NCBI GenBank assembly: GCA_963841015.1
Contig: CAWJAX010000002.1
Coordinates: 1 to 64,000, forward strand
Length of the DNA stretch: 64,000 nucleotides
DNA from: an uncultured Methanoregulaceae archaeon
GTDB lineage: Archaea > Halobacteriota > Methanomicrobia > Methanomicrobiales > Methanospirillaceae
Direction: 5' to 3'
How positions within the stretch are numbered: the stretch's first letter is position 1; every line of letters begins with the position of its first letter. A model generated the notes under the pieces. The model saw only the letters and a program-made list of their open reading frames with translations. It ran no database searches and was not told the DNA's origin. Position numbers and translations under genes: made by a program. Shown here piece by piece: positions 21,403 to 29,780 of this stretch.

Positions 21403-21981
21403 ATGAGTCTGGTCATTGCATTTATCGGGGCACAGGGCGCAGTCATGGCAGGGGATATGCGGGAGATCATCACCCGTGGGGACAGGGTGTCAACAGAGAC
21501 CCTTGAACAGGAATTGTATAGCGGACAGATCGTTACCGATGATGACTTAATTAAACGGGCAGAGGCCCTTGGCATCTCCCTGATCATCCGCGACGATAAG
21601 CGGAAAGTAACCTTGCGGGATGGCATTCTGGTAGGCGAGGTAAGTGAAACTGAAGGCGGCGTTTCGAAGAAAAAGCGACTCTACTCAACTGGCGGCGAGT
21701 ATGCCCTTGCCGAAATAACTGACGCCGATCTCCGGTTGACCGCGAAAGGGAAGGCAGGCAATTTTGTTGTTCTGGGAAACCAGGTAACAAAACAGATCGC
21801 CCATGCATGCATTCAGGAAAACTGGAAAAACGGTGGCGTGCGTGATGCAATCGGGATACTCATTCTTTCTCTGGAAAGAGCATCAAAAGCGACTGCATCC
21901 GTCAGCGGTTTGTATACCCTGATTCAGACCCCGCAAAAAGGCAGTCTTATGGCAATTTTGGAACGGGACAGCAGGCAATAA
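21403..21981 (+). CDS. Connectase-like protein (DUF2121/MJ0548 family, Ntn-hydrolase fold)
   Basis: MSLVIAFIG..GAVMAGD.R N-terminus with Ser1 after Met removal, LE.ELYSG.I, TASVS. Confidence 0.8.
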   Translation: MSLVIAFIGAQGAVMAGDMREIITRGDRVSTETLEQELYSGQIVTDDDLIKRAEALGISLIIRDDKRKVTLRDGILVGEVSETEGGVSKKKRLYSTGGEYALAEITDADLRLTAKGKAGNFVVLGNQVTKQIAHACIQENWKNGGVRDAIGILILSLERASKATASVSGLYTLIQTPQKGSLMAILERDSRQ

Positions 21982-22143
21982 CGGAGAGCATTTTCTCACA
22001 CGCCCGCATCCGCATGAAAATGCAGGTGCATACAGTGAAAACATTCATCACCGTTGTTATACCCTGCACTCTCAAAAACAGCACCGGGAATAATTTATTA
22101 TCTGACAAAGTAAGAGGATAATCACTCTTTAGGAGTGAGTACG

Positions 22144-22918
22144 ATGAAAAAAATTATTTTAGCGTTACTAATCCTCGTGGTCCTGGCTACGTTTGCAATG
22201 CCGGTGATCACCGCAAAGGAGGATGACGGGGTTAAGGCTGGCATTACTGTAGCAGCAGCCACAACCCAGAAAACATCTTCCGGGGAACAGGAGGAGAAGC
22301 ACGGTGCGGATGATACGGTCACCGTTACCCCAACCGCCAGCAGAACTATCGAAGCAGAGGATGAATCAGAGTCTGAGATTGAAACAGAATCTGAGAGTGA
22401 TAATAGCAGTCACACGTCAGGTCGAAGCATCGCAGAAGTACGGGAGAACCGTCATAAAAACCTTGAGAATCTCAATGCTACCCTCCGGAATATAAGTTCC
22501 GGGGAGCGGGAGCGGGTCAAAAACGAGAATGAAGTCAGGATCGCTGTCACCACCCTGCTGGATGTGGAAGACCTGAGCGGGGGTATCGGTCGTAACGTTT
22601 CTGCAATTGCACGGGACTTCAATAACTCCGCCAGTTCAATGAGGATGTTAGAGGACCGTATCCAGTCCAGGAATTCATTTGTACGGCTGTTGTTTGGGGG
22701 AGACAGGGAAGCTGCCCGGGAACTTGCAGCCGAGACTGCCCGGAACAATGCCCGCATCGTTGAGCTGCAACAGACTGATAAACAGTGCATCCCTGGATAC
22801 CGAGCTCCGGGCTACGATAGAAGACCAGGCCCGGATCATTAAACAAGAACAGGAGAGATTACAACAACTCTCAACACGTGAGCAGGAAGATCGTGGCCTC
22901 TTTGGCAGGTTCGGGTAA
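22144..22918 (+). CDS. Secreted acidic/coiled-coil hypothetical protein; +1 frameshift near 22774
   Basis: Signal peptide, E/S-rich linker, GGIGRNVSAIARDFNNS, RLLFGGD; continues in the frame ending GLFGRFG at 22918. Confidence 0.7.
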
Positions 22919-23047
22919 GAGCTGCAGTAGTATTTTGTGCAGGACAGGGGTTTTTCTCCCTTCTGCCGGATAATTCCTTCTTTTTTAAAAAACACAGAAT
23001 CCGTTGTGGAAAAAGGAAAAAAATGAGCGAGGCAGCTTCGCGGCTGC

Positions 23048-23185
23048 TCACTTGAGCTTTTTCTCGAGCTTCTTGAGCTTCTTCTTGGCCTCCTGGCTAC
23101 CCGCAGCCGCCTGTTTCGAGAGCTCTTCTGCCTTGGCCTTCTTCACCTGGTTCAGCTTCACCATCTGTTTCTTACTCGTTGGCAT
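23048..23185 (-). CDS. Small Lys-rich protein (45 aa), below the ORF-track cutoff
   Basis: MPTSKKQMVKLNQVKKAKAEELSKQAAAGSQEAKKKLKKLEKKLK; preceded by a GAGGTGA Shine-Dalgarno and followed by T-tracts. Confidence 0.75.
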   Translation of the reverse strand: MPTSKKQMVKLNQVKKAKAEELSKQAAAGSQEAKKKLKKLEKKLK

Positions 23186-23365
23186 TCAGTCACCTCGCTA
23201 CGCCTTTGGTGGTTCTATTTGGTTTTTTCTCTTCTTAAAATATCCCTGCTGCAGCGGCAGGATTATAATATCAGACTAAAGATCATTCGTACTTGTTCAT
23301 AATCACGGTTCTGTCCGGATATACCGGGCTGTCCCGGGTACCTACAAGATAACTGCGAGGATAGA

Positions 23366-24337
23366 ATGCAAAAAATTATTCGGACCACAGCCCGTAGGGC
23401 GGTTGTGCTTATTGTCATGCTGGTTCTCCTTTCCGGGGCCATTGCGACAGGAGCGACGCAGACCTACCTGGGAAATATCGTGAAGCTGTCAGGATATTCG
23501 TATGGTGACACGGTTTACCTCTTCCTGACCGGACCCAATCTTCCGGTTAATGGCGTAGCACTCGATAATATCAACCGCCTCGCGGACCAGGGTGGTGCAA
23601 CTCAGGTAGATGTGGACGCGGACGGTCATTGGAGCTATGACTGGAATACCGGTGCTCTGGGTGGCAGGCTCGATGCCGGGGCCTATACCGTCTGGGTCGC
23701 TGACCGCAGGACTGACCGTTCTCACCTCTCCACGGCCGAGTACAGCACGATTGCGGTCGGCCTGTCGGTCCCTTCCCTCACTGCAGGGACCAGCGATGGA
23801 TCCGGCACTTCTGAACCGTCACTGCCTGGCTCAATAGAAATTCGTGCAGCCCCGGACGGGACGTCGGTTGTCGTGAACAACGCGTATAAGGGAAAAACCC
23901 CGTTGACCCTCAGCAACCTGAGCCCCGGTACCTATAATATAACCCTTTCGCATTTCCGCTACGCGGCACGGTCAGTGCCGGTTATTGTCAGGGCCGGGAG
24001 TGTATCGGAAGTCAACGCGACCCTTGTTGCCCTGACCGGCTCGCTTTTTGTCAACACGACACCGGCTGGCGCCCGGCTCACGCTCGACGGCATCACGAGC
24101 GGCATGTCACCGGCAATGCTTCCGGATATTATCCAGGGCAGTCACCTGCTCAACGTATCAAAAGAGGGATTTGTCACGCAGAGTATTCCGGTCCAGATAT
24201 CCACGAACCAGACAACTACGGTCGATATCGTGCTGCTCCCGTCAGGGGGTAACGCGATGCCCGGATTCCTTCCCTTCACCGTAGCCGCCGGTTTACTCGT
24301 GGCGCTGCTGGTTGCGGGAAAAGGGTTGCGGAAATAA
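23366..24337 (+). CDS. PEGA-domain surface protein with PGF-CTERM-like anchor
   Basis: Signal peptide, two PEGA repeats (GKTPLTLSNLSPGTYNITLS; GMSPAMLPDIIQGSHLLNVSKEGF), C-terminal PGF + TM + basic tail. Confidence 0.85.
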   Translation: MQKIIRTTARRAVVLIVMLVLLSGAIATGATQTYLGNIVKLSGYSYGDTVYLFLTGPNLPVNGVALDNINRLADQGGATQVDVDADGHWSYDWNTGALGGRLDAGAYTVWVADRRTDRSHLSTAEYSTIAVGLSVPSLTAGTSDGSGTSEPSLPGSIEIRAAPDGTSVVVNNAYKGKTPLTLSNLSPGTYNITLSHFRYAARSVPVIVRAGSVSEVNATLVALTGSLFVNTTPAGARLTLDGITSGMSPAMLPDIIQGSHLLNVSKEGFVTQSIPVQISTNQTTTVDIVLLPSGGNAMPGFLPFTVAAGLLVALLVAGKGLRK

Positions 24338-24658
24338 AAACCATCAGGCATGATGAAATGAGTCCCTGATACATTTTTTTTGATGTAATCACTGGTATCG
24401 GTAAAATATTTTAAAAAAAACAAATTACCATTTTTTGATGAGTTCATCCTCTCCTGGTAGTTCTCCGAGAGCCCCATGGACCCCGCCGCAAGGACATCAC
24501 CTGTTGTGGATATGCCGTAGCATCTTGTCCGGGGTCATCGCATAGACCGGCGATCCTATCACCTGATCAAAATCGCTTAAAAATCGAAATCCCTGCTGAT
24601 GTAGACGATTGGCTTCCCGCCCGAATTTTTATACGCCATGGCACACAATCTCTCCTCC

Positions 24659-25448
24659 ATGCAAGCAGAACTGCACCTGGTTGATGCCTTCACCAGCTCC
24701 GCGTTTCGCGGCAACACGGCGGGGGTCTGTATCCCGGATGGTCCGGCCGATGCTGTGTGGATGCAGCAGGTGGCAGCTGAGCTGAAGCATTCCGAGACCG
24801 CGTTTCTCTTCCCTGAGGGAGCGGACTGGAACCTGCGGTGGTTCACTCCCGAAAAAGAAGTGGAATTGTGCGGCCATGCTACACTCGCCGCCGCGTTTGT
24901 GCTCTGGGAGACCGGCCGTGTTTCCCGGGAAAAACCGATCGCCTTTAAGACCCTCTCCGGTACGCTGGCCATCCAACAGAATGAAGATAGGATCAGCATG
25001 GACTTCCCGGCAGAGCCGGCCGCCACATCCATGCCGGTGCCTGGTCTTGGCAAAGCGCTGGGGGTCGAGCCGTTGTATACCGGCCGAACGGTTCGATATT
25101 TTAGTGGAACTGCCCCTTGCAAATGATGTCTGTAGTCTCGAACCCGACATGAACGCCCTCACCGCTATCCGGGCCCGGGGCATCATCGTCACGGCTGTTT
25201 CCGATCTCCCGCACATCGATTTCGTCTCCCGGTTCTTTGCACCATCCGTCGGCGTACCGGAAGACCCGGTGACCGGATCGGCCCACTGCTGCCTTGCGCC
25301 TTACTGGGGAGAAAAATTACAAAAGACAGAGATGGTCGGGTTCCAGTGCTCTGCCCGGGGCGGGTCGGTCCGCATGAAACTGAAGGGAGATCGCGTCATC
25401 CTCGAGGGCAACGCGGTCCATATCTTCTCAGGAAAACTTCTTGTCTGA
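24659..25448 (+). CDS. PhzF family epimerase/isomerase; frameshift near 25090
   Basis: VDAFT..AFRGNTAGV, SETAF, LRWFTP..EVELCGHATLA, then SRFFAP..GVPEDPVTGSAHC and Q.SARGG in the second frame. Confidence 0.9.
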
Positions 25449-25512
25449 ATTTTAAAAAAAATTTGCTCTGTAGAAATGCTCAATTACAAGCTAAACGTTC
25501 GGAGGAGTTTTC

Positions 25513-25616
25513 ACCCCCGCCGCTGTGGCTCCCCCACTGCGATCACTCCCGAACAGGTGCTACGTCATCATCGCTCAGCGCAGGGGCGGTATGGGGGGAC
25601 AGGCACTGTCCCCTCC
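25513..25616. repeat. GC-rich structured intergenic element (REP/MITE-like candidate)
   Basis: Perfect GGGGACAG-gca-CTGTCCCC hairpin (25595-25613), plus GCGAT/ATCGC and C-tract/G-tract complementarity, in AT-rich flanks; single copy in the window. Confidence 0.35.
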
Positions 25617-25814
25617 TATATTCGTACCAGCATCTTAAATTTCATATCCATGGAAAAGGATTTCTACAGAGCTAAAAAATTCAATGAACACTTGTTTTTT
25701 TGCACTCCATCACATACTCCTGTTCCCTGTGAACAACGCGAACAATAACAACATGGAACGAAGGTGCACGATAGTATTAATACAACTTAACACAGAAAAA
25801 CGATTCAAAAACAC

Positions 25815-27185
25815 ATGGTTTTGCGTATGAATGACAAAGGATCCTCCGGTTTCATTAAAATTTCAATGATATTCATCTGTATTTCGGCATTTTCGTTAAT
25901 ATCAGCGGCATCAGCATCAGATGAACTCTATAATGTGTATTGTGACTGGAAGAGTGATTCCGGGGGTACTTGTTGTGTTATTATGAAAACTACCGATCCA
26001 CGTTCACCAGCCCTTAGTTCATCGTTATATAAAGAAGGAGTATCCTATAGTCGCGCAAATTCCGCTTTTATCAATGTAACAAGGACAGGAGACGGTTTAG
26101 ATTGTGAATATGGAACTATTATCCAAGCAGATAACACCCTGTGGAATGTATATTGTGACCAGGGAAGTAATTCCGGGGGTAGTTGTTGTGTAGTAAAGAA
26201 AACTACCGATCCACGTCCAGCAGCTCTTAGTTCACAGGTATTTCCTGTTGGAACAACCTATCGTCGTGCAATGGAAAGGTTAACACAACTAACAAGTGCG
26301 GGATTGGGTGGAGATTGTCAATATGGAACATCAACACAGGCAGATAACACCCAATGGAATGTATATTGTGACTGGGTAACTGATTCCGGGGGTAGTTGTT
26401 GTGTCGTTGCGAAAACTACAGATCCACGTTCAGCAGCTCTTAGTTCACAGGAATTTCCTGTTGGAACAACCTATGATCGTGCAATGGAAAGGTTAACACA
26501 ACTAACAAGTGCGGGATTGGGTAGAGATTGTCAATATGGAACATCAACACAGGCAGATGACACCCGGTGGAGTATATTTTGTGACATGAGGACAGTTCCA
26601 AGAATACCCGGTTTGGGTTGTTGTGTTATTATGAAAACTACAGATCCTCCCCACCGTTATACGTTAATAGAATTTCCTGCAGGGGTACCCTTTAATCAGG
26701 CAAAGGACAGATTAAATGAATTATCAAGGATGAGATGGGATTATTGTGGAAAAGGAGCTGCAATACCCCCCACACCGACAACGCATGTAGTTCCAACGAT
26801 ATCTATTACCCCGAGAGCGACTGCAACTCCGGATTCAGGAAGTAATCCGATATCTATTATTCAGGCTATTATTGGGGGTTTTATTAAACAATTAACCGGT
26901 CAGAGAGATAATGCACCTCCGGGTCAAGGTCCGACACAAACTGTAGTTCCAACTACCCATGCCACATTAAAAAAGATTACAGTTCCAACGACACGTGCTA
27001 CATTAAAAACGACTGCGGTTCCGACAACAACTCCGACAATAAAAAGAACGGTGGTTCCAACAATAACTCCAACACCGTGCAAGAGTGATGATGCTACGTG
27101 CGAATATTATCGGAAATTGTGGGAAGAGTACTCCAGACAACAAAAGGAAAACGAGGGTAAGGATTTAATAAAACGGATTCCCTGA
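25815..27185 (+). CDS. Secreted protein with four ~71-aa Cys-rich repeats and a Pro/Thr-rich stalk
   Basis: Signal peptide; repeat pattern VYCD-x4-SGGxCCV-x-KTTDPR...DC; AT-richer than its neighbours. Confidence 0.85.
   Translation: MVLRMNDKGSSGFIKISMIFICISAFSLISAASASDELYNVYCDWKSDSGGTCCVIMKTTDPRSPALSSSLYKEGVSYSRANSAFINVTRTGDGLDCEYGTIIQADNTLWNVYCDQGSNSGGSCCVVKKTTDPRPAALSSQVFPVGTTYRRAMERLTQLTSAGLGGDCQYGTSTQADNTQWNVYCDWVTDSGGSCCVVAKTTDPRSAALSSQEFPVGTTYDRAMERLTQLTSAGLGRDCQYGTSTQADDTRWSIFCDMRTVPRIPGLGCCVIMKTTDPPHRYTLIEFPAGVPFNQAKDRLNELSRMRWDYCGKGAAIPPTPTTHVVPTISITPRATATPDSGSNPISIIQAIIGGFIKQLTGQRDNAPPGQGPTQTVVPTTHATLKKITVPTTRATLKTTAVPTTTPTIKRTVVPTITPTPCKSDDATCEYYRKLWEEYSRQQKENEGKDLIKRIP
25925..26750 (+). 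repeat. Intragenic tandem repeat, 213-bp period, 4 units
   Basis: GCAGATAACACC at 26127 and 26340, GCAGATGACACC at 26553; units 2 and 3 nearly identical. Confidence 0.9.
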
Positions 27186-27387
27186 GGATTGTGGATGTGG
27201 AGCCACAACGCGGATTACACCGATTGGGACAACAATACTAACCCCCCTTAAGCAAATTCGAAAACATGAGATCTTAGATCATCCAACAGGTTGAAGGATT
27301 ATCAGGATTTGTACGATCGCTCAGCTGCACCAGGAAACCTCCTTTAAAGACAGGCGGGGCGATACAGGAAAAAGCGCCAAAAGTATT

Positions 27388-27417
27388 CATACTTACAATG
27401 CTTACAATTTGAGTATG
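27388..27417 (+). promoter_or_regulatory. Likely TA autoregulatory operator
   Basis: CTTACAAT direct repeat (27392, 27401) inside a CATACT/AGTATG inverted repeat that overlaps the antitoxin ATG. Confidence 0.45.
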
Positions 27418-27615
27418 TCAGCGGTGAAACGGATACCCGTAACAGAACCGGTATGGAAGGATCTGGCTGAGATGCGTTCGGCAGGCCAGACCTATACAGA
27501 TCTTCTGGCAGAGATGATCGAAGATCGGAAGAAGCGCCGGTTAGAGGAAGATGTCAGGAAGTGGAGCAGCCGGAAGAAAAAGGATTATGTTTCACTCTCG
27601 GAGATTAAGGATTGA
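27415..27615 (+). CDS. Putative antitoxin
   Basis: Small protein KRIPVTEPVWKDL...GQTYTDLL with a YVSLSEI tail; 4-nt overlap with the RelE-like gene. Confidence 0.75.
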   Translation: MSAVKRIPVTEPVWKDLAEMRSAGQTYTDLLAEMIEDRKKRRLEEDVRKWSSRKKKDYVSLSEIKD

Positions 27616-27902
27616 CATTTTCCCTTATACTCTGGCATGAATTATCTGATGAGATCAATCGCCTGCCGGGAAAGACCCGCCGGATAATCAAAACTGCCCT
27701 GAAACGGCTTGAAGAAGATCCGTTCCCGGGAAGCAAGGGAGATAAAGAGAAACTGATTTTAAAAGGCGGTGTCATCATCTACCGGCTGCATATTTCCCGA
27801 AGGTATACTGTATTTTATGAGATCGATAAAGAGGAAAAACTGGTGATTGTCCAGGAGATCCTGCCAATCGAACAGGCTCATAAAAAATATGGATATTACT
27901 GA
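27612..27902 (+). CDS. RelE/ParE family toxin
   Basis: 96 aa; L..L...IK.AL..L.EDPFPG...KEKL, YRLHISRRYTVFYEID. Confidence 0.85.
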   Translation: MTFSLILWHELSDEINRLPGKTRRIIKTALKRLEEDPFPGSKGDKEKLILKGGVIIYRLHISRRYTVFYEIDKEEKLVIVQEILPIEQAHKKYGYY

Positions 27903-27949
27903 GTTTTGTTTTCTCTCCTCGTCCCAAACAATTTTTCTTTTCCTTGTTG

Positions 27950-28525
27950 TCAGACGTATCGCCGTACATGGCTGCAATACTCCGGATATTCCCGGCTGAA
28001 TACCCTGTGCATATGTTTCTCTTCTTCAAGGACGATTGCATGGTGGACGGCAACGACAAACACCCCAAGCAGGATAACAACCGGGTTTAACGTGTAGAGG
28101 GAAGCTGCGATGATGGTTGCATACACACCCACATACATCGGGTTCCTGCTTACCCGGAATAACCCGTCCGTTTTGAGGCAGGTGTCCTCCTTTGGGGTTC
28201 CGAGACGAAAGGAATCCCCCAGTTTAAACCGCCCGAGATACAGGAGCGCGAAACCGGCACACCAGAACACGAGCGCAATGAGCTGCAGGAAGCGGGGTAC
28301 CTGAACGGGCGGGAACCCCATCCCCCAGCTTGCAAGGGCCATTGCCCCCCAGAGGATCACAATCGACCACTTGCTTGTGTAAAACAGGGTCCTGTTGATT
28401 GGAGCCTCCCCATCCTGAGAGATCTTCTTTTTCTGGAATAACGCACCTCCCCAAAAAAGAATGATCAGAAAGCCCACGGGGAGAATAGTGACAAGAACCG
28501 CCTCTATCATGGTAATCAACCCCAT
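27950..28525 (-). CDS. Isoprenylcysteine carboxyl methyltransferase/PEMT family membrane protein
   Basis: LKTDGLFRVSRNPMYVG, EEEKHM..VF..EY.EYC..VRRY. Confidence 0.88.
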   Translation of the reverse strand: MGLITMIEAVLVTILPVGFLIILFWGGALFQKKKISQDGEAPINRTLFYTSKWSIVILWGAMALASWGMGFPPVQVPRFLQLIALVFWCAGFALLYLGRFKLGDSFRLGTPKEDTCLKTDGLFRVSRNPMYVGVYATIIAASLYTLNPVVILLGVFVVAVHHAIVLEEEKHMHRVFSREYPEYCSHVRRYV

Positions 28526-28546
28526 ATATTTCCTGTTACCCTGCCC

Positions 28547-28969
28547 TCACGGGATCCTGAGAAATCCCCGTACCAAAAACCAGATACCGGTGAGGATTAA
28601 AAATCCTGCAATGGCATACGGCCAGATTGCAGCCGGTGCCAGGACAATTCCAAACCCGATGAAGACAAGGAAGGTCCCGATAAGGAGTGTTGTCACGTTC
28701 GCGCCTGCCAGTTGCGTGGATTCAGTCTCCCGGGATCTCTCAACGAGCCTGAACAGTTCCGAACAGATAAGTCCGAGCCCGAGCCCGACAAAGAACCCGG
28801 ATAGCAGGTAATCGACCAGCAGTCCCACGCCAAGGCCGATAAGGATACCGGCAGGAACGATGAATCCGCTATATCGATCATTTTTTACGGGTTCTGCCAA
28901 TCCGCTCTTTTGTTCAATCCGCTTTGCATCAGTAATTTCAGCACAGTTTTCTGCTTTCATGGTTTCCAC
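28547..28969 (-). CDS. Small membrane protein
   Basis: Gly-rich TMs (PAGILIGLGVGLL), about 4 TMs; co-oriented with the methyltransferase gene. Confidence 0.7.
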   Translation of the reverse strand: METMKAENCAEITDAKRIEQKSGLAEPVKNDRYSGFIVPAGILIGLGVGLLVDYLLSGFFVGLGLGLICSELFRLVERSRETESTQLAGANVTTLLIGTFLVFIGFGIVLAPAAIWPYAIAGFLILTGIWFLVRGFLRIP

Positions 28970-29016
28970 CTCATGGATTGAATAATGAAAAGGACGGCGG
29001 ATATGTTATGAATTGA

Positions 29017-29032
29017 GCCATACATGTATGGC
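29017..29032. promoter_or_regulatory. Perfect 16-bp palindrome between divergent genes
   Basis: GCCATACATGTATGGC, next to the TATA-like ATTTATATA at 29036-29044. Confidence 0.55.
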
Positions 29033-29068
29033 CATATTTATATACTGTCTCAACAATCAGATCGGATA

Positions 29069-29704
29069 ATGAAGAAGATGATGGTCAGGCTTTCGGCAGA
29101 TATCTTCGATTACTGCAAATCCTATGGCCAGGTCATTGAACGGTTCGAGGTGATCTCACTTTTTAATATGGTTGACGATATGCACAGCGAAGTATGCAGG
29201 TTTACCATCAGGGAAGGGGTCCCGGTCGATCAGATCCAGTGTAATTACGTCTCGAATCTCATTGTGCTCCAGAACAAGGGTCGTGAATTTACCTGTCTTG
29301 TCAAGGGGACATTTTCCGATGATATCACCCGCTTTCTCAAGACCTATGGCTCAAAGTTTGAGCCCCCGATTGTCTTTGAGAACGACTGCCTGTCCTTCAG
29401 CATGGTCGGGGACCCGGAGGACTTCAATACGTTTGTAACTGATGCTGCCCAGAAAGGATGGGGACTCGAGATCCTCTCGGTCTGCGAATACAATCCCGAT
29501 GTCAACGGGATTTTTGACATCCTCACGCCAAAACAAAAAGAGATCCTGCTGGAATCGTACCGGTCCGGGTTTTTCGATCATCCCCGGAGGATTAACGCCG
29601 GTGAACTGGCAGAGAAGATGGGCATGCACAAAACCACGCTGCTGGAACACATTCATAAAGCAGAGAAACGGTTGATCGGGCATATCCTTGGACAGGTTGC
29701 CTGA
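29069..29704 (+). CDS. Bat-type (HTH_10) transcriptional regulator
   Basis: C-terminal LTPKQKEIL..Y..GFFDHPRRI...ELAEKMG..KTTLLEHIHKAEKRL. Confidence 0.9.
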   Translation: MKKMMVRLSADIFDYCKSYGQVIERFEVISLFNMVDDMHSEVCRFTIREGVPVDQIQCNYVSNLIVLQNKGREFTCLVKGTFSDDITRFLKTYGSKFEPPIVFENDCLSFSMVGDPEDFNTFVTDAAQKGWGLEILSVCEYNPDVNGIFDILTPKQKEILLESYRSGFFDHPRRINAGELAEKMGMHKTTLLEHIHKAEKRLIGHILGQVA

Positions 29705-29780
29705 TTTTGTCCGGGTACCTCTTCTTCCTCTCAGTAAACATTTTTTCACCACAACTTCTGCCCAGGCAGAAACATGATTA

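Noticed and set aside
26127-26560. Near-identical repeats as a diversity-generating retroelement TR/VR pair
   Set aside because: The differences are not restricted to adenines, both units are in-frame parts of one gene, and no reverse transcriptase is in the window.
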